In this document: piece after piece, positions 51,050 through 62,306 of the stretch
How the letters are laid out: each line of letters begins with the position of its first letter
Position numbering within the stretch: position 1 is the stretch's first letter
Assembly: GCF_018350175.1 (NCBI RefSeq)
Contig: NC_058368.1
Location: 159,714,001 to 159,778,000 of the forward strand
Origin: Felis catus
Lineage: Eukaryota
DNA: 64,000 nt
Direction of reading: 5' to 3'
Notes under the pieces: generated by a model
What the model was told of the DNA's origin: nothing
The model's input: only the letters and a program-made list of their open reading frames with translations
Database searches by the model: none
Program-made: the position numbers and the translations under genes

Positions 51050-51984
51050 TAGGCTGTCATGATTTAATTAGAAACGTGTGGAAGTGCTTTGTCAATTCAA
51101 GAACATGTAGTTGCCAACTTTAATGGCTGTAGAAGCAATTATTAATGTTTTCAGGTGAAAATCATTCAGTACTCAAAATGAAGGTAAAGAAAAGAAGGAA
51201 AAGATAAAGATCTCTTGTCCCAAAGAAACCAACAGGGAACGTGTGTAATAAAGTCATCTATTTAAAGAAGGAATTAGGTCATGATTTATAGAATGCCCAG
51301 TACTCATTCTCTATTTTGAGGGCTTTATAAAATGATTACATTTGCTTTCTCTCTTCCCACAGTTTTATGTTTGGCATCTTCTTGATTTCTAAGGGATATT
51401 GTAGGGTTATTATATAAAGATACGTAGATAAAGATATACTTGGTAGACAGACAAGAGAGAGATTGAGAGAAATATCTTCTCTACCCAGTAAATTGGAAAT
51501 TTCTAGGACTAACAGATTGTTTCAATCTACAGTTTTCTATCAAACATTTACAATATTAATTCCATATTTCCATAATAAAGAGTCAATAAATATGCTATAT
51601 ATCTGAAATATCAAGAGTTAAGTATAGTAGTTCAAATTATAATGCAACCACCCAAAAAAAGAGAAAACATCTAACACAATTCATAAGGTAGAAGGGAAAG
51701 GGAAGGTAGTAGGCTGTGTGGTTACGGTAGGTTCTTCATCTTTTTCAGTAAGAAATTAAATGATCTCATCTGAAGCAGAAAAATCAGGAAATATTTATTG
51801 TGTACACTTTTACAAAAACAGAAACTAATAGTAGCTGTAGCTTCTAAGAAATAAAAGCTTGGGTTGAGGGGTAAGTAGTAGAATTAGAAAACAAAATTTT
51901 CTTTCTTATAGTCATTCTTCTATCCCATTTGGAATTTTCAAACTCCTCGACTAAAAGAAAATTGGTTTACTGAAGCCATGAATC

Positions 51985-52718
51985 ATTTCAGTGACTCCTT
52001 TTATCTTCAGGATAAAGTTCAAACCTCATAGAATGCCTATAGACTCTCCATAATCTGGTCTCTGTCTATTTGTACAGGCATTTCTGCCTACAGTCTCTCA
52101 CATTGAATTTTTTCTCCCCACTTTAACAGTCTACATATAGCACCCTTATAAACATATTCTCCCTATCTTATGTGCCTTATTTATCTATTGACTGTGATAA
52201 TATGACATACATATGACATATACCTATTTAAAACAGATTTACACAAAATAATACTTACCTGATCCCATCCAGTGCCTGCTGGTATTTTCTCGTTCCATTC
52301 TGTTTTACTTTCTAAAATGTCAATCTTGACTTTATTTTTATTTGACATTTATTTCATGAACACTGTCACCAGTGTTTGAAAAACACTGCCTTAAGCATAT
52401 TCTGATCCCTTGACCTACATTCTGATCACTTGCTCATCCCCTAGGTAAATCACTTTCAGCCTCTAAATCTCAGCTCAAGTATCACCTCCTCTTAGAACCC
52501 TCCTGTGACCAGATGGAATGGCTGTTTCTCCCCTATGGTCTTCCTCTGTATTCCCATAACATGACTATTATAGCACACTGTTCTGTGACAATGTTCTCGA
52601 CTCTCTGTTCCACTAACTATAATGTATGTACTACTACCTCATTCAGTAGGAAACATCCAATCCCTGACATACAGTATGTGCTCATTAAATGCATTATTTT
52701 AGTATTAAATGAATGAAT
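51985..52718 (+). mobile_element. L2 3' region, fragmented
   Basis: 'ttcaggataaagttcaaacctc', 'aaatctcagctcaagtatcacctcctc' and tail 'gtgctcattaaatgc...aaatgaatgaat'. Confidence 0.65.
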
Positions 52719-53293
52719 TTGTCAGTTTGAAAGCAAGCCAAAGTACTAAACAATCAATTTGCCAAATGAAAAATTCATAAAATTCACTAGTTTACCAAAT
52801 ATGTCTTAAGGAACATTTTTAAAATTCATTTAATGGCCATGAACATATTATTCTTATTATTAAATTCAAATTTTTGTTACTGAATTATCATTTAGTGATT
52901 CGGCTTATTGGGAAATTAGCTCTCAGCAAATTGGTTTTAGGAAAATTGTTTTCTTAGTGAATTGAACTCTTAGAGCCCATAACTTTTCCTACTTAGTAAA
53001 TAGTGACATTGATATCCCTTCTTCCCAAGAATACTGTACATGATGAAATAACTTATGTGAAAATTGGATAGGAGGTACTTTGGAAATGTCTATATACTTA
53101 TAAGAAAATATTATTACCTATTTTTATTTACATGGCTAATATTAGCAAAACCAATGCTACCTGAATTGGCTATGTGCTACTCAGAAAAATAGGTTTGCTT
53201 GCCTCAACCTCAGAATCCTTCTGCTTATTGACACAAAAGCATTTATATCAACTTGTAGCTACTCCATGTGAAATCCAACTAGAAAAAGAAACT

Positions 53294-53755
53294 AAGTCTG
53301 TTTGTGCTGCTATAACAAAATACCATAGACTGGGTAGTTTGTTTTTTAAGTTCATTTATTTTGAGAGAGAGACAGAATGTGTGTGAGCAAATGCAGGAGA
53401 TGGGCAGAGAGAGACAGAGAGAGAGAAAAGACTGGGTAGTTTAGAACTAAAAAACGGAATTTTTTCTCATAGCTCTGGATTCTGGATAGTCCAAGATCAA
53501 AGCACTGGCACATTCAGTGTTTGAGAACTTGCTTCCTGGTTCTGAGACAACCATCTTCTCTCTATAACCTCACATGTTAGGAGGACCGGGGAACTCTGTG
53601 GGGTCTCTTTGATAAAGGTACCAATACCATTCATGAGGGCTCTTATCTTAGGACCTACTTACCTCCCCAAACCTTCACCTCCCATAACTACCACAATGAA
53701 GGTTAGGACTTCAACATATGAATTTGGGGGGAATGTAAGCATCCCATCTATAGCA
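53294..53755 (-). mobile_element. MLT1A-type solo LTR
   Basis: 'gctgctataacaaaataccatagactgggtag...gtccaagatcaaagcactggc...cattcatgagggc...cttcaacatatgaatttggggg'. Confidence 0.88.
53341..53428 (-). mobile_element. 88-bp head-less CAN-SINE inserted in the LTR
   Basis: Only the tail and GA tract are present; perfect TSD agactgggtagttt at 53327-53340 and 53429-53442. Confidence 0.9.
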
Positions 53756-55358
53756 GATCTTAAGGTAGGACTACATTAAGTATTGGGCACTGAATATGCC
53801 ATCTTACTTACCAGTTGAAGCAAGCCCTCAGCTTCACCACTATGTTTTAGCATTATCCATGACTTGTTCATAGAAGCTGGTTTTAGAAATAACTACTTGT
53901 TTTTAAAAATTCAAATTAAATCTCAGGAATTTAACACAGGTCAAATGAAAGCAAATTATTATCCTTATTAGTCACTTGTTGCTTGTGATTTAATCTAACA
54001 TTTTGAAATAATATACAACCAAAGTTTAAATCAATCATATCTCCTGTAACATTTCACAATAAAATATGGCACAAGAAGTGACTACAGTTCACAAACCCAT
54101 AGTAGCTTAAAGAAATGTAACATCTTTAGGGCATCCAGATTTTTTCCTCTCTGTAATCTCCAACTATATTCTTCTGATATTGATTTAACTACACTTTATC
54201 CTCTAAAGAAAAAAAAAATGAGGAATAGAATATTGTCTTTACTTAGCAAAATCCTCATACCTCCACCAAAGCAATTGGAACATTCTCTGTCAACCAACTT
54301 TCTTTACTCTCTGCTAACATATATTTATGCTAGACTCTGTATAGTGGTACCTCGGTCTACAATTCAGCTATACCATTTTTTCACATTTCTTGAATGAACT
54401 GCTATCTAGTAGTAAGAAGGGAAAGGGGGGGGGGGTTGTCCTCTCCCCAGGCACTCTCCCGTGCAAAATATGCAAAGATACTATTAAGTCTGCCAAAGCA
54501 AACAGAACAAATTAGGGAAGGGTAGAGTACAACGTGTCTGGAGGAGATGGGTATTTTCTCATAGTAAAAATTATTAATTTCTCCAATGTATCTCACATAC
54601 CAAAATGTGAGATAGTTATACAGTTGTCAGTTCTTTGATGGATATAGCTCAGAAATGGATAAATTCTGAATATTCATAACCTTCTCCCATCACATTTAAT
54701 GAATTCATATTCACTCTGTAGCAATAAAGCTGTTTGGAAACTTTTCCTTACTAACATCAACACTCTGTTTCAAAAGTAAGTGTTCTTCCTGCTTCGTAGT
54801 TAGGGTTTTTCACTTGCGCGTATTTCTATTGGTATTTATTATGATGATCATCTATTATATGTTCGTTGATAGCAGAGACCATGTCCAGTCTCCTAGATCC
54901 TCATTCACTAACCCATTCATTATCTGTGGGTGCTGAGACAATGCTCATTAATTGCCTAAAAACAAAGCAATTAAAGGTACTCCTTAATAAGTATCCTAAT
55001 GATGTAAAATATCCTGCCACTTTAAGGAGAAATAATACTTGCCTATTTTTTAAGAATTGTCATCTGCCTGCCTTTGCTGATGTGAATGTGACCAGTGTGT
55101 CATCTCTTGCTGTTCTCTGAACAAGACAGAGGAGTTGAGAGACCTTGGGAGGAGGATGAGAAGGGCAGACTGGCTAACAGAAGGAAAGCTTAGAATTTAA
55201 AGTATCTTAATATGTTTACAAGAAGGAGCCATGTTCCAAAAACACCAGGCTGAGCAGTAAAAAAAATAATAGATATTTTCCAACTGTGAGCACACCCAGT
55301 GGAAGGATATATCTGAAACCTCCTAGTCCACGGTTCCCATGAAAAGTGTGAGAGTCGG

Positions 55359-55373
55359 ATGACTCAGCAAATT
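55359..55373 (+). promoter_or_regulatory. Consensus NRF2/sMAF antioxidant response element (contains an AP-1 site)
   Basis: ATGACTCAGCA followed by AATT matches RTGAYnnnGCRwwww; lies in non-repeat DNA. Motif match only, function untested. Confidence 0.5.
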
Positions 55374-55978
55374 TTAAGTGCTTATTTCCTTAGGAGGAGG
55401 TTAAACTTCATGTCAAGTGTTGACTGAGGTTTGACTGCTTTCCCAGGTGTCCAGCACATCTTTGTAAACACGAGTTGGAGATGAATACGACTCATTTATT
55501 CGTGATATTTGCATGACTTAAACCTTTTCACATGTGCCTGGAACAGGGGAGCTCTGAAAAGTCTGAACAAATCCCAGCGTGATTTCTGGAGACGTTCCCC
55601 TCTCACACCAGGACCACAAACATTTAAAGTAGATGAAGTGGCAGGAGAAGCAGTTTCCTCTACCCAGTTGGAACTTGAGTGTGGGACATTCTAGGAAGGT
55701 CAGGAAAGCTAGGTACCACTGAAAAGATAATCTGCTTAATAAAAGCTTTTCTAGCTCTAGCTTTTATTCTAAGGGTCCCGTTGGAAAAAGAAATCTTTTC
55801 TTTTCCTGCTGATGCAATTAAACACCTGGACACCTGGGTGTATAACAATGAGAACTTTTATATTTGTATTCAGCATAAAAGAGAAGAAACACTATACCAC
55901 TGACTTGGGAAAAGGTAATTAGAAGGAACAGAGAAATGGGTTAGGATATGAAATAGGCCTTTTTGCCTCTAGTGGAAT

Positions 55979-56002
55979 TTTTTTTTTAATGTTTATTTAT
56001 TT

Positions 56003-56034
<32 letters not shown>

Positions 56035-56203
56035 GCGCACAGGCGCGCGAGTTGGGGAGGGGCAGAGAGAGAGGGGTCAGATGATCCGAAGCAGGCTCCA
56101 TGCTGACAGCAGAGAGCCCAATGTGGGGCTCAACATCCCGAACCGTGAGATCATGACCTGAGCGAAGTCAGAAGCTTAACCGACTGAACCACCCAGAGGC
56201 CCC
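55979..56203 (-). mobile_element. CAN-SINE
   Basis: Tail, GA tract and head; flanks share agtggaat (55971-55978 and 56206-56213). Confidence 0.95.
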
Positions 56204-56499
56204 CCAGTGGAATATTTTTGAAACAAATGCGTTCTCTTCTAGGGACAAGTCAGCCATTCTTTCCTCTTAAAACTGGCCCTTGGATGAGTTAACTCTCCCC
56301 TTCATCTTTCAGAGTTCTCCACTGTCCCCAACCCTACCAAAGAGCAAATGTTGAATGCCTTGCCCCAGAACTTTTACTTATGAATAGGGCAGTGTTTGTT
56401 TTTCAGAGACCTTTATCAGCAGATCCTCATTTTCAACCATTAATTGTCAACCATTAATTCATTTTACATCATGGATGTCCAAAGAAAATAATTTTTTAT

Positions 56500-56635
56500 A
56501 TTTCTTTTTTTATTGTGGTGAAATATACATAACATAAAATTTCCCATTTTAACCATTTTTAAGTGGGCAGTTTGAATGCATTAAGTGTACTGACACTGTT
56601 GTGCAGCCATCACTACCATCCATCTCCAGAACTTT
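56500..56635 (-). mobile_element. L1MB-type 3' tip
   Basis: 'tttattgtggtgaaatatacataacataaaattt...catcactaccatccatctccagaactttt'. Confidence 0.8.
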
Positions 56636-57102
56636 TTTTTTCCAGCTTTATTGAGATACAATTGCCATTTAACATCGTATAAGTTCAAATCATCCAATGT
56701 GTTGACTTCATACACATACTATGCAACACTTATGTATTGTGTTACCTAACATCCTCCATCCTGTCACATAATTAACATTTTTGTGTGTGGTTAGAACACT
56801 TAAGATCTACTCTCTTAACAACTTTCAAGTACACAATACGGTATTGTTAACTATGGTTACCATATTGTACATTAGATCCTCAGAATTTATTCATCTTATA
56901 GCTGGAAGCTTGTAGCCTGTGACCAACACCTCCTCATTTCCCCCACCCCTCCCGCTGCTGGCAACCAGCATTCTACTCCTTGATTCTCTGAGTTTGTTTT
57001 TGTAGATTCCAGGTATAAGTGAAAACATACAGTATTTGTCTTTCTCTGACTTATCCTAGTACAATGCCCTCAAGTTTCATCCATGTTGTCACAAATGGCA
57101 GT
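56636..57102 (-). mobile_element. L1MA9-type 3' fragment
   Basis: 'cagctttattgagatacaattg...agaacacttaagatctactctctta...tgtacattagatcctcaga...catccatgttgtcacaaatggcag'. Confidence 0.85.
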
Positions 57103-57470
57103 ATTCAAAGGAAATGACTTGTCACTGACATCAACTGACATGGCAATGACTTTAGCAATTATGAACAATGACCATAATATTCTGAACAATTTATTTCCAC
57201 AGTTTTGATGAAATAAATATTCAAAATATCTAAAAATATGGAATATAAAATATTCCATAGATACAAAAAATCTGAAGAGTATTATAAGTCATTCATTTAA
57301 TTCTCAAAGTCTGTTGTAATGTCCAAGGCAAAAGTAAATACAGACTTAAGTGAAAATTTCATAAATACGTTGCTCTCTTTGCACATTAAAATCTCTTTCT
57401 TAAAATGTATAAGATAAACTTAAATTTTAAGGATCATAAACTCCATGAGCATTACTCCAAAGTTCACATT

Positions 57471-57521
57471 AAAATGGGTAGGAAGAAAAAAAAAAAAATA
57501 AAAATAAAATGGGTAGGAAGA
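57471..57521 (+). mobile_element. Solo poly(A) insertion with a 16-bp TSD
   Basis: aaaatgggtaggaaga at 57471-57486 and 57506-57521 flanks 19 nt of A-rich sequence; TT|AAAA at the left edge. Confidence 0.8.
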
Positions 57522-59130
57522 GCCACTCATCTGTTTGTAATGAAGACTATGTAAATTGTCTTGGGGCAATTTCATTTTTCTCACTTACTATTCCAACTCC
57601 AAAGGCCAGTACAATGGAACCATGGCCCTATCTCAATCCACCTTGCCAGAAGGAAACTGCAGTGGAAGAAAACCAAGTTAATGAGGAGTGAGAGAAGACA
57701 TTAAGGACCAGCTGAGTCCCAGAGACAACGCTGAAAAACCATCCAAGGAGGTTGCCAGACTGCAACAGCCACATCTCAGGTACTATAAAGCAACAAATCA
57801 TAATTCAGTTGGTTACTGATAATTTTTGAAAGTATTTTTTAGGGGACTGAACAATCATTTCAAAGTCTAAGGGTACAATTCAGTGGCAATTCCTGTGGGC
57901 TGAGGTGCTTTAAAGCAAACAGTAGCTGCATTGTTCTTCTCTGTCAACCTGCTTTTGACAATCAATGGAATCAAGCTGGTGAAGAACTAATCAAACCTTG
58001 ATGGGTATGGGACTGTCTTGAAATAAACTCCTCCCCTGGGTTTTTAAGGCATCAGCTCTGGCAGATGAGACCTGCAGTCAATCAGATGTGTGATTGCATC
58101 ATGTAAACGACACCCGCTGGACTTGCCTTATTTGCTTTTATGAAATTCCTGTCAGTTTTGAGACATAAATAATTCAAGCAAATGGCTTTGGACACCAGAG
58201 ACTGCCAATTATTATTGTGTCACCAACTCGCCACCATTTGTTTTGGTCACCAGAGTATTTCCTTTAAAAAAACAAGACTTCTGACTCTGAATAAGTTCCA
58301 CCTTAACGCAATTTTCTTTTCCTCCAATTTATGACAAACTAGTTTTATTTGTATTTTGAAAGAAGAAATGGAAATTTATCATTTAGAATGTCTTTTGTGT
58401 TTCTTTGATTCCTCTGCAAAAGTTCAAATATAATAGAGTTGGGAATTAAATAGTACAAGCAATTACATCAGAAAAATGGAGCAAAGCACTTTCAGTATTT
58501 TTAAAAGAACCATAAAATTCCCAGAGTACAATCAACACATTTAAGAATTCAAGAGAGAGAATTACAATGCTTACATCAGTCTAATAACTGAAATGAATCC
58601 AGCATTTCCATTTTAAAGCCACTAATCCAAGAATAAAGGGGAGATGAAACAAATTCAGACAGCTATAAAAGAGCTATGTTTGGGACTGAGCGTGGTGGCT
58701 TCGCCTCTAGTTTAGGATTACCTCTGATAGAGCCAGAAGTTGCTAGGTGGGCTGCAAAGTCATGCTGTCTTCTTGGCCCTGTCCCCCCGTCATTAGCAAG
58801 ATGATGAACAATGGCATTGATGTCTGTATCATTGATTTTATGTAATACAAATTTTATTATGGCACATTCTCTGCTCTTTTTTTCAGTGTTTCACTGTGCA
58901 TTGTAAATCACCATCAAAATGTTTTTATACTTTGAAGGCTAATGCCACAAGTTCTATCACCTCAGCTAGCTGTAAAACAAAACAAAACAAAACAAACAAA
59001 AACAACCTACTGAAAATTAACAGTAGCATGACTTATCCTTGAGCACAAACGATTTCCAGAACTAAAGCTATTTCATTTGGTTCTGCTCTTCACACTTCCA
59101 TAGGAGAGAAAAGCAAAAAAGCACAAAAAA

Positions 59131-59240
59131 TAAAATAAAATAAAATAAAATAAAATAAAATAAAATAAAATAAAATAAAATAAAATAAAATAAAATAAAA
59201 TAAAATAAAATAAAATAAAATAAAATAAAATAAAATAAAA
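59131..59240. repeat. (TAAAA)22 perfect pentanucleotide repeat
   Basis: Counted directly: 22 uninterrupted units. Confidence 0.98.
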
Positions 59241-59563
59241 TATAAATTTCCCAGCTCTGAATTAGTCATTGACCGTCTGTACTTTAAACTGCTGTTCTAT
59301 TCTGGTGATCAAATGAAGCTCCATGAGGTGCTCAGCCAGAGCCAGTCAATAAGTCATTAGTCCTCTCAACACTCTTTTGTCATAGCTAAGATTCAGATTC
59401 AGTGACTATTGCCATTATTAAAGTGTTAGTCACTCCAAGAAGAGCATATCTGGTATTTCTGAAAGGCGAACACACTGTTCAAATGACTTGCGATGCCTTC
59501 CCACAAAGTTTGAGTTGCATCAGCTCTTTCCTTGCTGTTATGATGAAGAGAATGCTCCTGATG

Positions 59564-59786
59564 TAGGATTGCTAGGTTTAGCAAATAAAAATAAAGGATG
59601 CTTAGTTAAATTTGAATTTCAGATAAACAACAAATAATTTCTTAGTATGTCTCATGCAAAATTTGAGATAGACTTAAAAATTATGTTCCATACAAATTTT
59701 GAAACATACTTCTACTAAAAATGTACTCATTATTTATCTGACATCCAAATGTAACTGAGCGTTGTGTGTTGTAGCGGGCATTACTA
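59564..59786. mobile_element. MER53 palindromic hAT MITE
   Basis: 'agttaaatttgaatttcagataaacaacaaataattt' with inverted arm 'ttatttatctgacatccaaatgtaactgagc'. Confidence 0.85.
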
Positions 59787-60824
59787 CTGGACGACGTCAC
59801 TTTAAGTGGACAAGTGAGACTGCAGATGAAGGAACTGACAGCAGCAGCTGATACTACAAGCTAAAAGTCAAGTAGCACATAGTGCCGCTACAGATACTTT
59901 CTTCCTGCAAGCAAAGGGAGATTTGGCTGGCAAAGTAAGTGAAAGGAGACTCTGGAGAGAGGCCAAGCCCTGGGGAGAGGGGTGGCCAACAACAAAGGCC
60001 TCACTGGTGCTCATGGGCATGTAATAAAGCACGCGCACCTGCTCCAAATGCGTTTGCACCGTAAGGTGGTTTCCCTGTGAACATTCTTTTCAAGACTAAT
60101 GATGTGCGACTATAGTAGTCAAGCAAAGCCAGGAAAAGACCTTAAATGGAGAAACTAGTCATCCAGCTTGTTTTCATAATCACCCCTTCTTTTTTTAGGG
60201 GTCTCTGTTCTACCCAATCATTCAAAGGAACAAAGTCAAAAAAGTCAAAGTTTATGACTTGAAGCTGACTTTATTTTGAAGAAATTTCCCAAGAGTCTTT
60301 TATCACAAATCTCAGATACATCTTGTGTTAAAAGTGTATTAAAATAGCAGAAAACAAACTGCATTCCTATCACACGTGCGATACATAAAATTGTGGATGA
60401 ATATAGAGAGATGGGGGAAGGAGACAGGCGATAACGAAGGCTAATTGATAGTTCAGAGGTAATTTTTATAATTTTCCTATAAAGCCATGATTCTTATGTT
60501 TATCTTCATCTTGATGACTCGAAACCCTACTGTGTCCAGTGCCTGTAAAAATGCCTAAATATGGGTTTTATGGCCCCCCAAGTTATCTACTCTGTGATTA
60601 TCTTTGCACCCTTACAAACATTGCTGAATAAAACAAGCACAGGAGATTGAAAGTATGGATCCCCCTGGTGTGATTTCTCTCTCCTTCCTGCCCCATTCTT
60701 ACCTGTCCTTTAAATATAGTCATGTAGGAGCCAGTGGACAGGTATATTTCTAACTAATGAAGCAATGAGTATAATATTCATAATAAATATTAAGATGACC
60801 TTAATAAGTGAATGGCTTAAGACC

Positions 60825-61039
60825 TATGTTGCCCAATATGGTAGCCCCCAGCCACATGCAGCTATTTAAATTTAATATAAAATTAATTAAAATTAAATAA
60901 AACTTAAAATTTAGTTCTTCAGCAGCACTAGCTACTTTTCAAGTACTCAGTAGCAACACATGGCTAGTGTTTCCTAAAATTGGACAGCATAGATATATGA
61001 CACTTCCATCATCACAGAAAATTCTGTTGGGCAGTATTG
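60825..61039 (-). mobile_element. MER3 (hAT-Charlie)
   Basis: 'ccaatatggtagcccccagccacatgcagctatttaaattt...ttggacagcatagatata...ttccatcatcacagaaaattctgttgggcag'. Confidence 0.88.
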
Positions 61040-61339
61040 TTCTTTAAGTTATATTTTCATAATGAACCAGGAAAGGTACCCATATTTTTAGGTTCCATTT
61101 TGCCCAACAATAATTATGAGGAAATAGAAAAACAATAAATAAATTTTAAAAGACATAGTTAAGCAATGTAGTTGGATTAGGCTCTACGAATGGAACAATT
61201 TCAGGACAGCTTTGGGTAAATAAAGGCAGAGAAACAACAGATATGTAAGTACGCATTTCAAATATGAGTAAGGATTTGCTATTGCAAGTGTTACTAGAAA
61301 TAGGCCCCATTGGGAGCACTGAAACAAGACTGCCAATGT

Positions 61340-61625
61340 AAACCTATTTACCACTTATTAGCTGTTTGGTCATAGGCACGTTATTTGATCTCTCTGTGCT
61401 GCTGTTTTTTCATCTAACAAATGGAGTAATAATAATATCTACTTTTTCAGCACAACTACCTCATCTATGTAATTGGTGCCCCCTGGAGTTGTGTAGCACA
61501 CATCTTATGCAACTCCATAATTAGACTCTCTTCACTGGAATTTGAGGGGAGTAAAAAAAGCAAATTCATTTAAAGGACTTAGACAGTACTTGGTATATAT
61601 TAAGGCACTCAGTAAAAGTTAGCTA
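61340..61625 (+). mobile_element. MIR with a possible MER91-like insert (about 61448-61520)
   Basis: 'ccacttattagctgt...ttatttgatctctctgtg...catctaacaaatggagtaataata'; insert 'ggtgccccctggagttgtgtagcacaca'. Confidence 0.6.
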
Positions 61626-61857
61626 CATTTAGCCTCTTTCACAAAAGGAAATTTCCAAAAGGGAAGAATCAAATAGTAGAATTTGAATGTCACCCATAAT
61701 TAGGATTACCAATAGATGTGGTAATGTGTTTCTTGTGCTTTTTTTTTTCTTTTCTCTCCTATGGAAGTGTGAGGAGCAGAACTAAAATGAAGTAGCTTTA
61801 GTTCTTGAAATCGTTTGTGCTCAAGGATAAGGTATGCTACTGTTAATTTTCAATGGG

Positions 61858-62306
61858 TTGTTTTTTGTTTTTGTTTTGTTTTTTGTTTTGTTTTATTTTT
61901 TAATATGAAATTTATTGTCAAATTGGTTTTCATACAACACCCAGTGCTCATCAAAAGGTGTCCTCCTCAATACCCATCACCCACCCACCACTTCCCTCCC
62001 ACCCCCCATCAACCCTCAGATTGTTCTCAGTTTTTAAGAGTCTTTTTTGGTTTGCCTCCCTCCCTCTCTAACTTTTTTTTTCCTTCCCCTCCCCCATGGT
62101 CTTCTGTTAAGTTTCTCAGGATCCACATAAGAGTGAAAACATATTGTAGCTGTCTTTCTCTGTATGACTTATTTCACTTAGCATCACACTCTCCAGTTCT
62201 ATCCACGTTGCTACAAAAGGCCATATTTCATTCTTTCTCATTGCCACATAGTATTCCATTGTGCATATAAACCATCTACACATTCAATGCAATCCCAGTC
62301 AAAATT
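61858..62306 (-). mobile_element. Young cat-type L1 3' end with a short inverted 5' segment
   Basis: (GTTTT)n/T tail; 'tttattgtcaaattggttttcatacaacacccagtgctcatc' 3' UTR; antisense ORF2 C-terminus to about 62273; then plus-strand IYTFNAIPVKI at 62274-62306. Confidence 0.92.

Noticed and set aside
61815..62270. 151-aa ORF
   Set aside because: It is the antisense reading of an L1 tail, 3' UTR and ORF2 end.
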